Origin: Spirochaetia bacterium
GTDB lineage: Bacteria; Spirochaetota; Spirochaetia; SZUA-6; Bin103
Direction of reading: 5' to 3'
Assembly: GCA_965203055.1 (NCBI GenBank)
Contig: OZ241863.1
Span: 3,616,001-3,680,000, forward strand
DNA length: 64,000 bases
Within the stretch, counting starts at the first letter, position 1; each line of letters opens with the position of its first letter. Below the pieces are notes generated by a model that was not told the DNA's origin, searched no databases, and saw nothing but the letters and a program-made list of their open reading frames with translations. This document shows, piece by piece, positions 1 to 9,735 of the stretch. The position numbers and the translations under genes were made by a program.

Positions 1-2
1 TG

Positions 3-1010
3 CTGACGCTGCTCCTGATGTTTGCGCTGGCGGGCTCCGCCGTGTTCGTGCAGTCCGGTATGGACGAACAGGCGGCCTCCTTTACCCGCGCCCAGTTCGC
101 GGCGCGCGTGGTGCTGGCGCTGCTCTACCTGGATGCGCACTTCCGCGTACCCGCCGCACGCCGCTTCACGTGGTTCCTGATCGTCGGTTTCGCGGTGTCG
201 GCGGTCGCCTGGGGAGCGCAGGAGTGGCTGGCGGAACAGTGGCGCCGGCCGCTCTACCTGGCCGCCATCGGAGTGGAGATTCTGGCGCCTCTGTTGGCGG
301 TGTCCAGGCTCGGCCACTGGCCCGCGAACCCGCATCATCTCCCCGAACGGCTGGGGCTGTTCACCATCATCGTCCTGGGCGAGGCGGTGCGCGGCGTGGT
401 GGTGGGCGCCGTGCATGCCGAAGCGGCGCGGCTGGGCTTCATGATCGGATTCGCCCTGCCGGTCGGCATCTGGTGGTTCTATTTCCGCCTGCTCGACCGC
501 GGCGAGCTGCGCCGGCGCGTGGGCGGCGGGCAGATCCTCGCCTACCTGCATCTGCCGATGACGCTGGCGGTGGTGGTGATGGCCGCCGCCGTGGAGGTGA
601 GCCTGACGGCGTTCGGCGCAGTCGAACTGAGTGAGGCCGAAGCGCCCGGCCTGCTGGAAGCGGCGCGGCGTAGCGTCGTTCCCGCCGAGGCGAGTGAGCC
701 GCCGATCGGCGCCGGTGCCGGCCTGACCGGCGCGCGTCTCATGTTCGGCGGCCTGGCCGTCTGGCTGGCCTGCTTCCTGGCGATGCGCGTCTACGTGGTG
801 AGCATCCGCCGCCTCGGCGCGGCCGAGTGGATCACCGCCGGCGCCGGGGCGGCGCTGGCGGCCGGCGCGGTCCTGATCGGTCCGGTGCGCGCCCTGGAGG
901 TATTCATCTTCTGCGGGTCGCTGCTCCTGGCGCTGGCCGCCCTGGGATCATTGCTGAAGGAGCTGCGCCGCCGCCGCGCGGCTCGGCTCCCTGAAGGCGG
1001 TTCGGCCTAA
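3..1010 (+). CDS. Low temperature requirement protein A (LtrA) family membrane protein, 5'-partial
   Basis: Multiple hydrophobic helices; family motif HLPERLGLFTIIVLGE; frame open to the window edge. Confidence 0.8.
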   Translation: MTLLLMFALAGSAVFVQSGMDEQAASFTRAQFAARVVLALLYLDAHFRVPAARRFTWFLIVGFAVSAVAWGAQEWLAEQWRRPLYLAAIGVEILAPLLAVSRLGHWPANPHHLPERLGLFTIIVLGEAVRGVVVGAVHAEAARLGFMIGFALPVGIWWFYFRLLDRGELRRRVGGGQILAYLHLPMTLAVVVMAAAVEVSLTAFGAVELSEAEAPGLLEAARRSVVPAEASEPPIGAGAGLTGARLMFGGLAVWLACFLAMRVYVVSIRRLGAAEWITAGAGAALAAGAVLIGPVRALEVFIFCGSLLLALAALGSLLKELRRRRAARLPEGGSA

Positions 1011-1016
1011 ACTGAA

Positions 1017-2678
1017 CTAACCGGGTACTCCCAACGCGCAGCCGTCGGCGCGCGGGTCGCTGCCGCCCCACAGCACGCCCCCCGGCGCGCGCCAGATCAC
1101 TTGCCCGCGGCCGAATCCGGGGCGCTCCGGCCCGGCCGCCACCCGTACCTGGTGGCCGCGTCGTTCGAGGTCGGCGGCAACCTGCTCCAACCCTTCCTCC
1201 AGCGCCACCGGAGCGGCCGGCAGCGCTGCGGCGCTGGCTGCGGCCAGCTGGAACCGCGGCCGGTCCAGGGCCGCCTGCGGGTCCACGCCATCGTCCACCA
1301 GGGCCGATACTACCTGCAGGTGCCCCTGCGGCTGCATGAAGCCTCCCATCACGCCGAAGGCCGCCTGCAAGGAGCCGTCCGCGTTGGTGATGAGGCCCGG
1401 CATGATGGTGTGATAGGGGCGCTTGGCCGGCGCCAGGGCGTTGACGTGGCGCGGGTCCAACGAGAACCCCGCGCCGCGGTTCTGCAGCGAGAAGCCGCAG
1501 CCCTGCGGCACGATGCCGGTGCCGAAGCTCATGTAGTTGCTGCCGATGAAGGAACAGGCGTTGCCGGCGGCGTCGGCGGCGCACAGGTAGACGGTGTCCG
1601 CCGCCGGCACCGGTTCGTCGCCGCCGACCGGCGGCGCGCCGGCCCGGCGCAGGTCGACGTGGCGCGCCAGCGCCACGGCGTAGTCGCCGCTGAGGCACTG
1701 CTGCAGGGGCAGGGCGGCGTGTTCGGGGTCGGCTACGTGTTGCGCGGCGACGGCAAAGCCGCGCCGCATGCACTCGATCAACAGATGGTAGCGGTCCGCG
1801 TCCGGGTGCGGGCCACCGGCCGCCGGCAGCTCGAACCGGGCGAGGAGCTGCAGGGCGACCAGTACCGCCAATCCCTGACCGTTGGGCGGGCACTCCCAGA
1901 CCCGCTTGCCGCGATAGTCCACCGCCAACGGCTGCACCCACTCGCTGCGGTGCGCCGCCAAGTCTTCCATGGCCAGCACGCCGCCCGCGGCGCGCACCGC
2001 GGCCCCCACCTGTTCGGCTATGTTCCCGGTGTAGAACGGCTCCGCGCCCGCCGTGCCCCAGGCGCGCAGCGAGGCGGCCAGGGTCGGAATGCGCATCACC
2101 TCGCCGGCGCGCGGGGCGCGCCCCTGCGCGAGCAACTCGGCGCCGCCGCGCGCGGCGTGGAGCTGGCCGGCGGCGGCCTGCCACAGGCGGGCGGTAATGG
2201 GGGCCACCGGATAGCCGCCGGCGGCCAACTCGGCGGCCGGCGCCACCACCTGCGCGCGGGGCAGCGCGCCGAAGCGGGCCTGCAGGTCGGCCCACGCGGC
2301 AGGGGCGCCCGGCACGGTCACGTTATGGGCGTGGCCGGCGGGCAGCGCCGCGGCCAGCCCCTGGCGCCGCAGCAGCTCCAGGCTCAGCGCGCGCGGACTG
2401 CGCCCGGAACCGTTGAGGGCGTGCACGGTGCCGGTCGCGGCCTCGTAGTAGAGCACGAAGCAGTCCCCGCCGAGCCCGGTCTGGCACGGCATGGTGACTT
2501 GCAGGCCGGCGGCCGCGGCCACTGCCGCATCGGCGGCGGTCCCGCCGGCAGCGAGCATGCGCAGGCCGAACAGGGACGCCTGCGGCGACGACGAGGCCAC
2601 CATGCCACGCGTGGAGAGCACCGGCGAACGACGCCCGATGTAATGGTCATTGGAAGCAACTCGCACGCTGCCCTGCAT
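1017..2678 (-). CDS. ggt: Gamma-glutamyltransferase
   Basis: GMVASS, GGTAADAAVA, GLGGDCF, TVPGA, PPNGQG, nucleophile Thr in DTVYL, KRPYHTIMP, GVMGGFMQPQGH, SDPRADG; start codon uncertain. Confidence 0.93.
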   Translation of the reverse strand: MQGSVRVASNDHYIGRRSPVLSTRGMVASSSPQASLFGLRMLAAGGTAADAAVAAAAGLQVTMPCQTGLGGDCFVLYYEAATGTVHALNGSGRSPRALSLELLRRQGLAAALPAGHAHNVTVPGAPAAWADLQARFGALPRAQVVAPAAELAAGGYPVAPITARLWQAAAGQLHAARGGAELLAQGRAPRAGEVMRIPTLAASLRAWGTAGAEPFYTGNIAEQVGAAVRAAGGVLAMEDLAAHRSEWVQPLAVDYRGKRVWECPPNGQGLAVLVALQLLARFELPAAGGPHPDADRYHLLIECMRRGFAVAAQHVADPEHAALPLQQCLSGDYAVALARHVDLRRAGAPPVGGDEPVPAADTVYLCAADAAGNACSFIGSNYMSFGTGIVPQGCGFSLQNRGAGFSLDPRHVNALAPAKRPYHTIMPGLITNADGSLQAAFGVMGGFMQPQGHLQVVSALVDDGVDPQAALDRPRFQLAAASAAALPAAPVALEEGLEQVAADLERRGHQVRVAAGPERPGFGRGQVIWRAPGGVLWGGSDPRADGCALGVPG

Positions 2679-2745
2679 GATAGCACATACGCGGCGGCGC
2701 AACGATTGTCTACGGCTGCCCGTCGGACACAACCCGGACTCGCGG

Positions 2746-3345
2746 CTACAGGAGGACGTCTTCAATGGTCGTGAAGTACGCTGGGAAGCCAGTCGTTCCG
2801 CGGACCAGCAACGCCCTGATCTTCGTCTGTGATAAAATGCTCCAGGTACTCAAAACGGCTTTACGCAGACTATTTAGTTTCGGCAAATCAAGTCCCAGTC
2901 TCTTGATGGTCTCCTCGGCCGCCGAGTCGGTGGGATTACGAGGACGTATTTCTCCATTGCCATTGAACTTGAACCGTCTACCGCAGTTCTGTTGCAGAGG
3001 AGAAATCAACAACGCCGCGTCGAACCAGTCAGCCTTCCCATGACCGCAGTGACGCGGTTCTCCCTTTGATAGCTGCCGCAAACACGAGCAATGCAGGTTC
3101 TGGTAGTCAAGCTCACGAGAAGGGAATTGGCTTCTAGGTCGAAAGTGCTCCACATGACTATCGTCTCTTGCGACGGGCGACTCGCAGTAGCAGCAAATAT
3201 GTCCTTGCTCGTTCATCAGGGCATCATGAATCACCTGTTTGATTGGTCCCATCACCTGACTCCAGCAGCGTCGATTGGCTATGCCACCTTGCCGCTTCCA
3301 ATTCGAGAACCGCTGCGGCTCACGATTCTTGACGATATGCTTCAT
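2746..3345 (-). CDS. HNH endonuclease, Septu PtuB / TIGR02646-like
   Basis: EQGHICCYCE, HVEHFRP, DYQNLHCSC, HCGHGK; overlaps the 3' end of an ABC ATPase. Confidence 0.88.
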   Translation of the reverse strand: MKHIVKNREPQRFSNWKRQGGIANRRCWSQVMGPIKQVIHDALMNEQGHICCYCESPVARDDSHVEHFRPRSQFPSRELDYQNLHCSCLRQLSKGEPRHCGHGKADWFDAALLISPLQQNCGRRFKFNGNGEIRPRNPTDSAAEETIKRLGLDLPKLNSLRKAVLSTWSILSQTKIRALLVRGTTGFPAYFTTIEDVLL

Positions 3346-4585
3346 TTTCGAGAATCTCCTTTCTGTGAATATGAACGCTGGCTCTCACCAGATCGGGGTC
3401 TTCACCTATCGTACTCCGCAGATCATCAAGCATTTTCCTGGCCGCTTCCAGGTCTTCTTCTATGGTCCAAAACAAGTCGCTCAGTTGCTTCTTGATCTCC
3501 TGTGGTCGTTCGGGAACGCTCATTACGTCTTCCAGAATCCGTCCCGTCGTCTGGCCGTATGAATCGATCGGCTGGCTGGCACCGACCGTCTCCTCGGTCC
3601 GCTCCAACATCCAGATACGCTCCGGCTTGACGTGGCTGACTACCTGCGGGGAATGCGTCGATACTATGAATTGGCAGTTGCGAAAGGTGTCCTGCAGGGC
3701 CGCAACCACTCGGCGCTGCCAGCCGGGATGAAGGTGCAGATCGATTTCATCGATCAAGACGATGCCCTCGCCGCGGAGAGGGTCTTCAGACGCCGGATTT
3801 GCTATCGCCATTCTCCGTGCCAAGTCTCCGATCATCGCCAGAGCGCACTTCTCTCCGTCGGAAAGCTGGTTCACGATCAGCTCTTCTTCCTGCTTGAAGA
3901 CTACCATGCGCAACGGATTCCGCTTTACCGTGAGACCGGTAAACCCGGGAAGCAAGCGTTCGATTGCGTGCCTTACTGCCCGCAGCTGAAGATCATGGTA
4001 AGACGGCGTCGTCCTGTGTTGCTCGTTTTCAACATCCTCACGGTTCCTGAACCACTCGAAGAACGTCCGGAAGTCTCTCCGATCTCCCGACAACGCCTGG
4101 TCGTAAGCTGCAAGCTGATCGAATAGATGCCCGTTTCGGATCCGCAGCGGAATATCTACTACTGCCCTGTCGACGGGATAATAGACCACAATCGGTAAGC
4201 TAGCAGAGTCGTCTTCCTCGAGCTTCGAATGGATCAGATCAACTATATCTTTGATCTCCGCAAGTCTCGTTATGGTTTGTTGTCTGCGCCCTCTTCGAGT
4301 TTTCGAAACACTCCATTGGTAGGACCTTCCCTGGAATGCCAGGTCGATCTCGTTTCGAGTCTCAGGCTTGCCGTTGCTGATGTCGTTGTCGGTAAAGAAA
4401 CGCCCGGTACCATGGGTCGAGCGGATCCTCCCAACGAGACGCGACAGCATGATCGCCGCGCAGTCCAGGATCGCGGTCTTGCCGGCGCCGTTGACTCCCA
4501 ACAGCACGTTGACCTGCTCCGAGAACTCGAGATTTAGGTCTTGAATGCCTCGGAAACTGGTTAGCGAGAGAGACTTCAATTGCAT
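3320..4585 (-). CDS. ABC/AAA ATPase, Septu PtuA-like
   Basis: Walker A GVNGAGKT, signature LSDGEK, Walker B LIDEIDLHLHP, H-loop STHSP. Confidence 0.88.
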   Translation of the reverse strand: MQLKSLSLTSFRGIQDLNLEFSEQVNVLLGVNGAGKTAILDCAAIMLSRLVGRIRSTHGTGRFFTDNDISNGKPETRNEIDLAFQGRSYQWSVSKTRRGRRQQTITRLAEIKDIVDLIHSKLEEDDSASLPIVVYYPVDRAVVDIPLRIRNGHLFDQLAAYDQALSGDRRDFRTFFEWFRNREDVENEQHRTTPSYHDLQLRAVRHAIERLLPGFTGLTVKRNPLRMVVFKQEEELIVNQLSDGEKCALAMIGDLARRMAIANPASEDPLRGEGIVLIDEIDLHLHPGWQRRVVAALQDTFRNCQFIVSTHSPQVVSHVKPERIWMLERTEETVGASQPIDSYGQTTGRILEDVMSVPERPQEIKKQLSDLFWTIEEDLEAARKMLDDLRSTIGEDPDLVRASVHIHRKEILENEAYRQES

Positions 4586-4621
4586 TGCCGTTGCATCCAC
4601 CCGGCAGGTGAATCCACTCCT

Positions 4622-5854
4622 TTAGTAGTTGCCCGCGGCAGCGGTGGCGGCGCGCATCGCGGCGTAGGCTTCGTCGTCCCAGGAGGTCATGCGGCGCAGC
4701 CGCACCGGCACTTCCGCGGGACGCACCGGCCGGCCGCGGCACACCACCAGTTCCGGGCGCAGGCGGCGCTCGCCGACGCGCTCCTGCAGGTGGGAATCCT
4801 GAAACCGGAACTCACCCTCTTGCACCGAGAATACCAGCAGGTCGGCGCTGGCTCCAGGCAGCAGGGTGCCCAACTCCGGGGCGCGCCCGATGGCCTGCGC
4901 CGGGGCCAGGGTCGCCTTCTCCACCACCTCGGCAAGCGTCATGCCCAGCAGCAGGAACTTGGACATGGTGGTAGGCAGGTCGAACACCACCTGCTCGACG
5001 TTGTAGCGATGCAGGTCGGTGCTGATGGTGTCGGGATAGAAGGTGTGCTCGAACGCCTTCAACGCCGTCTCCCAGCGGAAGCTGCCGGAACCGTGGCCGA
5101 CGTCGAACACCACGCCCCGGGCGCGCGCCGCCTTGGCCTCAGGCAGCAACGCGCCGCCGGCAGCGTCGAGAATGCCGTCACCGCGGCCGGTGAAGCAATG
5201 CGTGACGATGTCCCCTTCGCGCAGGCGCCGCAGCACTTCGCGCGTATCGCCCCGGACGCTGATGTGCACCATCATGCGCGAGCCGCTGGCGGCGGCGGCG
5301 CGCCGCGCCAACTCCACCGCTTCCACGTTGTGGCCCAAGGCCATGGTGCCGGCGCGGAACTTCACCCCCAAGGCAATGTCACGGTGTTCGCGGATCGCCG
5401 CCGCGGTTTCCTGCGGGCGGGCGTACCGCAGGTCGAGCAACTCGCCGAGCGCCGCGGTGGGGATTCCCAGACAGCCGAGGTGGATGAACGGCAGAATGCG
5501 CAGCGCGGCCCCGTCGATGGCGGTACGCCGGAACTCCGGGAAGTTGACGCAGCCGCAGGTGCCGGCGTCGACCGCGGTGGTGACCCCGCCGCGCAACGCG
5601 GCGCGCGGATCGATGCCGAACAGGCTGCCCTCGTAGTAGTGGCCGTGCAGGTCCACCAGACCGGGGCACACGTAGCGGCCGGTGCAGTCCACCTCCGCCG
5701 GCGGGCGCTCTCGTTCTCCCAGACCTCCGATTGGCACGACGCCGGCAATGCGATCGCCGGCCACGACCACGTCGGCCAGGCCGTCGATGCGCCCGGCCGG
5801 ATCGATGACGTGGCCGCCGCGCAGCAGCAGGGTCGGCTCGCGTACCGTCTCCAT
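4622..5854 (-). CDS. Amidohydrolase/deacetylase, dihydroorotase-like family
   Basis: PGLVDLHGH, GVTTAVDAG, MMVHI, IVTHCF, DVGHGSGSF, ISTDLH metal-binding motifs. Confidence 0.88.
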   Translation of the reverse strand: METVREPTLLLRGGHVIDPAGRIDGLADVVVAGDRIAGVVPIGGLGERERPPAEVDCTGRYVCPGLVDLHGHYYEGSLFGIDPRAALRGGVTTAVDAGTCGCVNFPEFRRTAIDGAALRILPFIHLGCLGIPTAALGELLDLRYARPQETAAAIREHRDIALGVKFRAGTMALGHNVEAVELARRAAAASGSRMMVHISVRGDTREVLRRLREGDIVTHCFTGRGDGILDAAGGALLPEAKAARARGVVFDVGHGSGSFRWETALKAFEHTFYPDTISTDLHRYNVEQVVFDLPTTMSKFLLLGMTLAEVVEKATLAPAQAIGRAPELGTLLPGASADLLVFSVQEGEFRFQDSHLQERVGERRLRPELVVCRGRPVRPAEVPVRLRRMTSWDDEAYAAMRAATAAAGNY

Positions 5855-5989
5855 GTCCGCGCCCAGCGTGCCAGAGCCGCCCCCGCGCCGCAAGGCGGCG
5901 CCATCTGCGGTTATGGCGGCCCGTCAGCGCGGACGGCCGGCGCGGGACCGGTTGTAGACGCGCACGCGGACGGCTAACCTTGCAGCGAC

Positions 5990-7699
5990 GTGAACAGCGC
6001 CCCTCCCTCTCCCGCCCCGGACGCCGCCCCCGAGGCGTCCGACTTCATCCGCAAAGCGATTCGCGAAGACCTGGCCAACGGCCGCTTCGACCGCGTCCAG
6101 ACGCGCTGGCCGCCGGAGCCGAACGGCTACATCGGCATTGGCCACGCCAAGGCGATTACCCTCAACTTCGACGTCGCGCGCGAGTTCGGCGGCTTCTGCA
6201 GCCTGCGCTTCGACGACACCAACCCGGAACGGGAACGGCTGGAATACGTCGAAGCGATCAAGGAGGATATTCGCTGGCTCGGCTTCGACTGGGGCGATCA
6301 CGAGCATTACGCTTCCGACTACTACCAGCGTCTCTACGAGCTGGCGGAGCAACTGGTCGAGCAGGGAGACGCCTACGTCGACCGTCTGTCCGCGGAGCAG
6401 ATCAGCGAGTACCGCGGGGTGCCGACCCGGCCCGGCCGCGCGAGCCCCGACCGTGACCGCCCGCCCGCGGAGAGTCTCGACCTGCTGCGCCGCATGCGCG
6501 CCGGCGAGTTCCCCGACGGCTCCTGCGTGCTGCGCGCCCGCATCGACATGGCCTCCCCCAACCTGAACCTGCGCGACCCGGTGATGTACCGCATCCGCCG
6601 CGCCCGCCACTACCGGACCGGCGATGCCTGGTGCATCTATCCGCTCTACGACTGGGCGCACGGCCAGAGCGACTCGATCGAGGGGGTCACCCACTCACTC
6701 TGTTCGCTGGAGTTCGAGAACAATCGTCCGCTGTACGACTGGTTCCTGGACCGGCTGGGGGTGTTCCACTCGCGCCAGATCGAGTTCAACCATCTCAACG
6801 TGGCCTACGCCGTGCTGCACAAGCGCGTCCTGCGCCGGCTGGTGAGCGGCGGCACGGTGCGCGGCTGGGACGATCCGCGGCTGCTGACCCTGCGCGGACT
6901 GCGCCGGCGCGGCTACACGCCCAGCGCCATCCGCGCCTTCGTTCGCAGCGTCGGGCTCACCAAGACCACGGTGCTGATCAGCTACGCGCAACTGGAGTAC
7001 TACCTGCGCCAGGAGCTGAACCGGACCGCCACCCGGGTGATGGCGGTGCTGGACCCGGTGCGGGTGGTGATTACCAACTACCCGGAAGGGCGCAGCGAGC
7101 AGGTGGAGGTAGAGAACAATCCCGAGGACCCCGGCGCCGGAACGCGGCGGCTGCCGTTTACCCGCGAGCTGTTCATCGAGCGCAGCGACTTCCTGGAGCA
7201 AGCGCCGCGCAAGTTCTTCCGCATGGCGCCGGGCCGCGAGGTGCGGCTGAAGGGCGCCTACTACATCACCTGCAACGAGGTGGTGAAGGACAGCGCCGGC
7301 CGCGTGACCGAACTGCGCTGCAGCTACGATCCCGCCTCGCGCGGCGGCGGCACCGCGGACGGGCGGGTGGTGCGCGGCACCCTGCACTGGGTTTCGGCGG
7401 CGCACGCCCACACCGCCGAGGTGCGCCTCTACGATCACCTGTTCACGACCGAGAACATGAACGAGGTCGGCCACGAGGAGCTGGCGCAGCACCTCAACCC
7501 CGATTCGGAGGTGATCCTGACCGGCTGCAAGGTGGAACCGGGGCTTGCCGCGGCGCAGCCGGAGCAGATCTTCCAGTTTCTGCGCCGCGGCTACTTCGTG
7601 GTAGACAACCGCGACTCCCGCCCCGGCGCTCCGGTGTTCAACCGCTCGGTGGGCCTGCGCGACACCTGGGCCAGGCTGCAGCGCGCCGGCGGCGCCTGA
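5990..7699 (+). CDS. glnS: Glutamine--tRNA ligase
   Basis: PPEPNGY, LRFDDTNP, LRDPVMYR, THSLCSLEF, GWDDPRL, LRRRGY, FQFLRRGYF; HIGH and KMSKS-type motifs are atypical. Confidence 0.93.
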   Translation: MNSAPPSPAPDAAPEASDFIRKAIREDLANGRFDRVQTRWPPEPNGYIGIGHAKAITLNFDVAREFGGFCSLRFDDTNPERERLEYVEAIKEDIRWLGFDWGDHEHYASDYYQRLYELAEQLVEQGDAYVDRLSAEQISEYRGVPTRPGRASPDRDRPPAESLDLLRRMRAGEFPDGSCVLRARIDMASPNLNLRDPVMYRIRRARHYRTGDAWCIYPLYDWAHGQSDSIEGVTHSLCSLEFENNRPLYDWFLDRLGVFHSRQIEFNHLNVAYAVLHKRVLRRLVSGGTVRGWDDPRLLTLRGLRRRGYTPSAIRAFVRSVGLTKTTVLISYAQLEYYLRQELNRTATRVMAVLDPVRVVITNYPEGRSEQVEVENNPEDPGAGTRRLPFTRELFIERSDFLEQAPRKFFRMAPGREVRLKGAYYITCNEVVKDSAGRVTELRCSYDPASRGGGTADGRVVRGTLHWVSAAHAHTAEVRLYDHLFTTENMNEVGHEELAQHLNPDSEVILTGCKVEPGLAAAQPEQIFQFLRRGYFVVDNRDSRPGAPVFNRSVGLRDTWARLQRAGGA

Positions 7700-7739
7700 A
7701 ACCGCCCGCCGCCGACCGCCCCGCCGCTCGACTCCGGCG

Positions 7740-8273
7740 CTACTCCGCCAGCGTCCGGCGCCAGTCGGTCAGCGCCGCCGCGGTGCTCGCAAACGCCAGT
7801 TCCTCCCACGGTATGTCCGCGGGCTCGACCCAGCGCAGTTCCAGGGCCTCGGGACCAGGCCGGGGTGCGCCCGCCGTCACGCGCGCGCGGTAGACGATCA
7901 GCACCACCGGCTCGCCGCGCGGGCAGTAGACGCCGAGCAGGCCGCCGACCGCTACCACCACGCCGGTCTCTTCATACGCCTCGCGCGCGGCCGCTTCGGG
8001 CACCGGCTCGCCCCGGTCCACGTATCCCCCGGGGAAGGTCCAGCGATCCCGCGCCGGCTCGATACCGCGCCGCAGCAGCAACACCCGGCCGCCGGCTTCG
8101 ATGATCGTCCCGGCCGCAACCTTGGGATCGGCGTACACCACCCAGCCGCAGCGCGGGCATACCGGCAGGGTCTTGCCTTCCACCTCGCGCCGTACCAGCG
8201 GCGCCGCGCAACGGCTGCAAAAGCGCGCTGCCGGCGCTCCATGATGGGTGTGCGCATGTGGCTGACCGCTCAT
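7740..8273 (-). CDS. NUDIX hydrolase with N-terminal zinc ribbon
   Basis: CSRC...CPRC; Nudix box GGYVDRGEPVPEAAAREAYEETG. Confidence 0.92.
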   Translation of the reverse strand: MSGQPHAHTHHGAPAARFCSRCAAPLVRREVEGKTLPVCPRCGWVVYADPKVAAGTIIEAGGRVLLLRRGIEPARDRWTFPGGYVDRGEPVPEAAAREAYEETGVVVAVGGLLGVYCPRGEPVVLIVYRARVTAGAPRPGPEALELRWVEPADIPWEELAFASTAAALTDWRRTLAE

Positions 8274-8368
8274 CCTGCCTCCCGCCCGGAGCCTACGCTA
8301 TACGTCCTGAATATGCTAACGGCGCGGTCCCCTCCCTACGCAAGCATGTTTACGCGGTCGCGGTTTCG

Positions 8369-8397
8369 TTGACCCGCTCCGAGACTTGGTGTAAGCT
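8369..8397 (+). promoter_or_regulatory. Sigma70-like promoter of the ABC/sulfatase operon
   Basis: TTGACC-17 bp-TAAGCT, followed by a GAGGAG RBS before ATG 8425. Confidence 0.55.
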
Positions 8398-8424
8398 CGT
8401 GCGCACCATCCCGAGGAGAAATCA

Positions 8425-9732
8425 ATGAAACGTGCCGCGTCATTGTTGGCCCTGTTCGTCATCGTAACGGGATTCACATTTGCTACCGGCGCCGAAGAGG
8501 CGGCGGAGTCCGGTCCCGCCGGCAGGCTGTGGGTCGTCTATCGGGCACCGATCTGGTTCGACCGCTGGATCGGTCCGGTGCTGTCCGAGTTCGAGGAGAG
8601 GTATCCATCCGTCGAGGTGGAGATGCAGAACATCCCGCATTCGGAGTACACGTTCAAGATGCAGCTCGCGTTCGCCTCCGGCAACGTGCCCGATCTATTC
8701 GAGCTCAATCTGAACCAGAACTTCGACTTCTTTGCCTCGCAGGGACTTCTCGAGAACCTGCAGCCCTACGTCGTACGGGACGGGTTCCCCATTACCCGGT
8801 TCAGCAGCGCAGTAGTGGAGCGGCTCAGCAAGGACGGCGACCTCTACATCATGCCGATGGGGACGCACCCCGGCATCGCGGCGGTAGCGTACAACAAGAC
8901 TCACTTCGACATCGCCGGCGTGAGCTACCCGGCGGCCGACTGGACCTATGAAGACTACCTGGATATTGCCCGCAAGTTGACGGTGAAGGAAGCCGACGGT
9001 CGCATCGTCCGGTTCGGAACGGTTGCCCCCAAACAGTGGGTTCCCGTCGTAGCCGTGCTGGCGTCGTTCGGCGGCGGCTGGATCGACGATACGGGTACCA
9101 GGTCGGCATTGCTCGACCCCGACTCGGTGGCGGCATACCACTTCATCGACCGGCTCATCAACCAGGAGCGGCTGGCCCCGCGAGACGATGAGATGATCGG
9201 CAACCAGCGCGCGTCGTTCCTGGGCGGCCAGAGCTCCATGTACTTCATGGGCATCTGGGAGATAGGAACCATCACCCGCGGCATGGCGGAAGGCAACGAG
9301 GCGGCCATTGCGCCGATACCCATTGGGCCGGCGGGGCGGATTCCGGCCGGCGCCAACATGGAAGGCTTTGCCATGACTGCCGACGCGGCCAACAAGGAAG
9401 CCGCGTGGGCGATGCTCAAGTGGTTCGGCGGCGAAGACATGCAGCGCCGGGTTACGACCGAGGACCTCAATCTCACGCCGCGAACGGAGATCCTCGACGA
9501 GTTGAACGTCGCCGCCGACTCCTGGAAGGCGCCCTATGTCGAGGCTCTGTTCTCCGGCGAGTTCGTGCCGCCGCCGATTCCCGCCAACTACCGGGTTGGG
9601 GAAATGCGCAATACCATCCAGCAGAATCTCGATCCGGCGTTCGCCGGTACCATGTCGATCGATGAGGCGCTCCGCGCCGCGCACGAAGCGCTGCAGGTGG
9701 TGCTCGACAAACCGGTCCCCGAAGAGATGTAG
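8425..9732 (+). CDS. Carbohydrate ABC transporter substrate-binding protein
   Basis: Signal peptide; family-1 SBP features (SGNVPDLF, YNKTHFD, WTYEDY, NKEAAW). Confidence 0.9.
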   Translation: MKRAASLLALFVIVTGFTFATGAEEAAESGPAGRLWVVYRAPIWFDRWIGPVLSEFEERYPSVEVEMQNIPHSEYTFKMQLAFASGNVPDLFELNLNQNFDFFASQGLLENLQPYVVRDGFPITRFSSAVVERLSKDGDLYIMPMGTHPGIAAVAYNKTHFDIAGVSYPAADWTYEDYLDIARKLTVKEADGRIVRFGTVAPKQWVPVVAVLASFGGGWIDDTGTRSALLDPDSVAAYHFIDRLINQERLAPRDDEMIGNQRASFLGGQSSMYFMGIWEIGTITRGMAEGNEAAIAPIPIGPAGRIPAGANMEGFAMTADAANKEAAWAMLKWFGGEDMQRRVTTEDLNLTPRTEILDELNVAADSWKAPYVEALFSGEFVPPPIPANYRVGEMRNTIQQNLDPAFAGTMSIDEALRAAHEALQVVLDKPVPEEM

Positions 9733-9735
9733 CGC

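Noticed and set aside
2746..4621. Retron (Ec78-type) system
   Set aside because: No reverse transcriptase and no space for msr-msd
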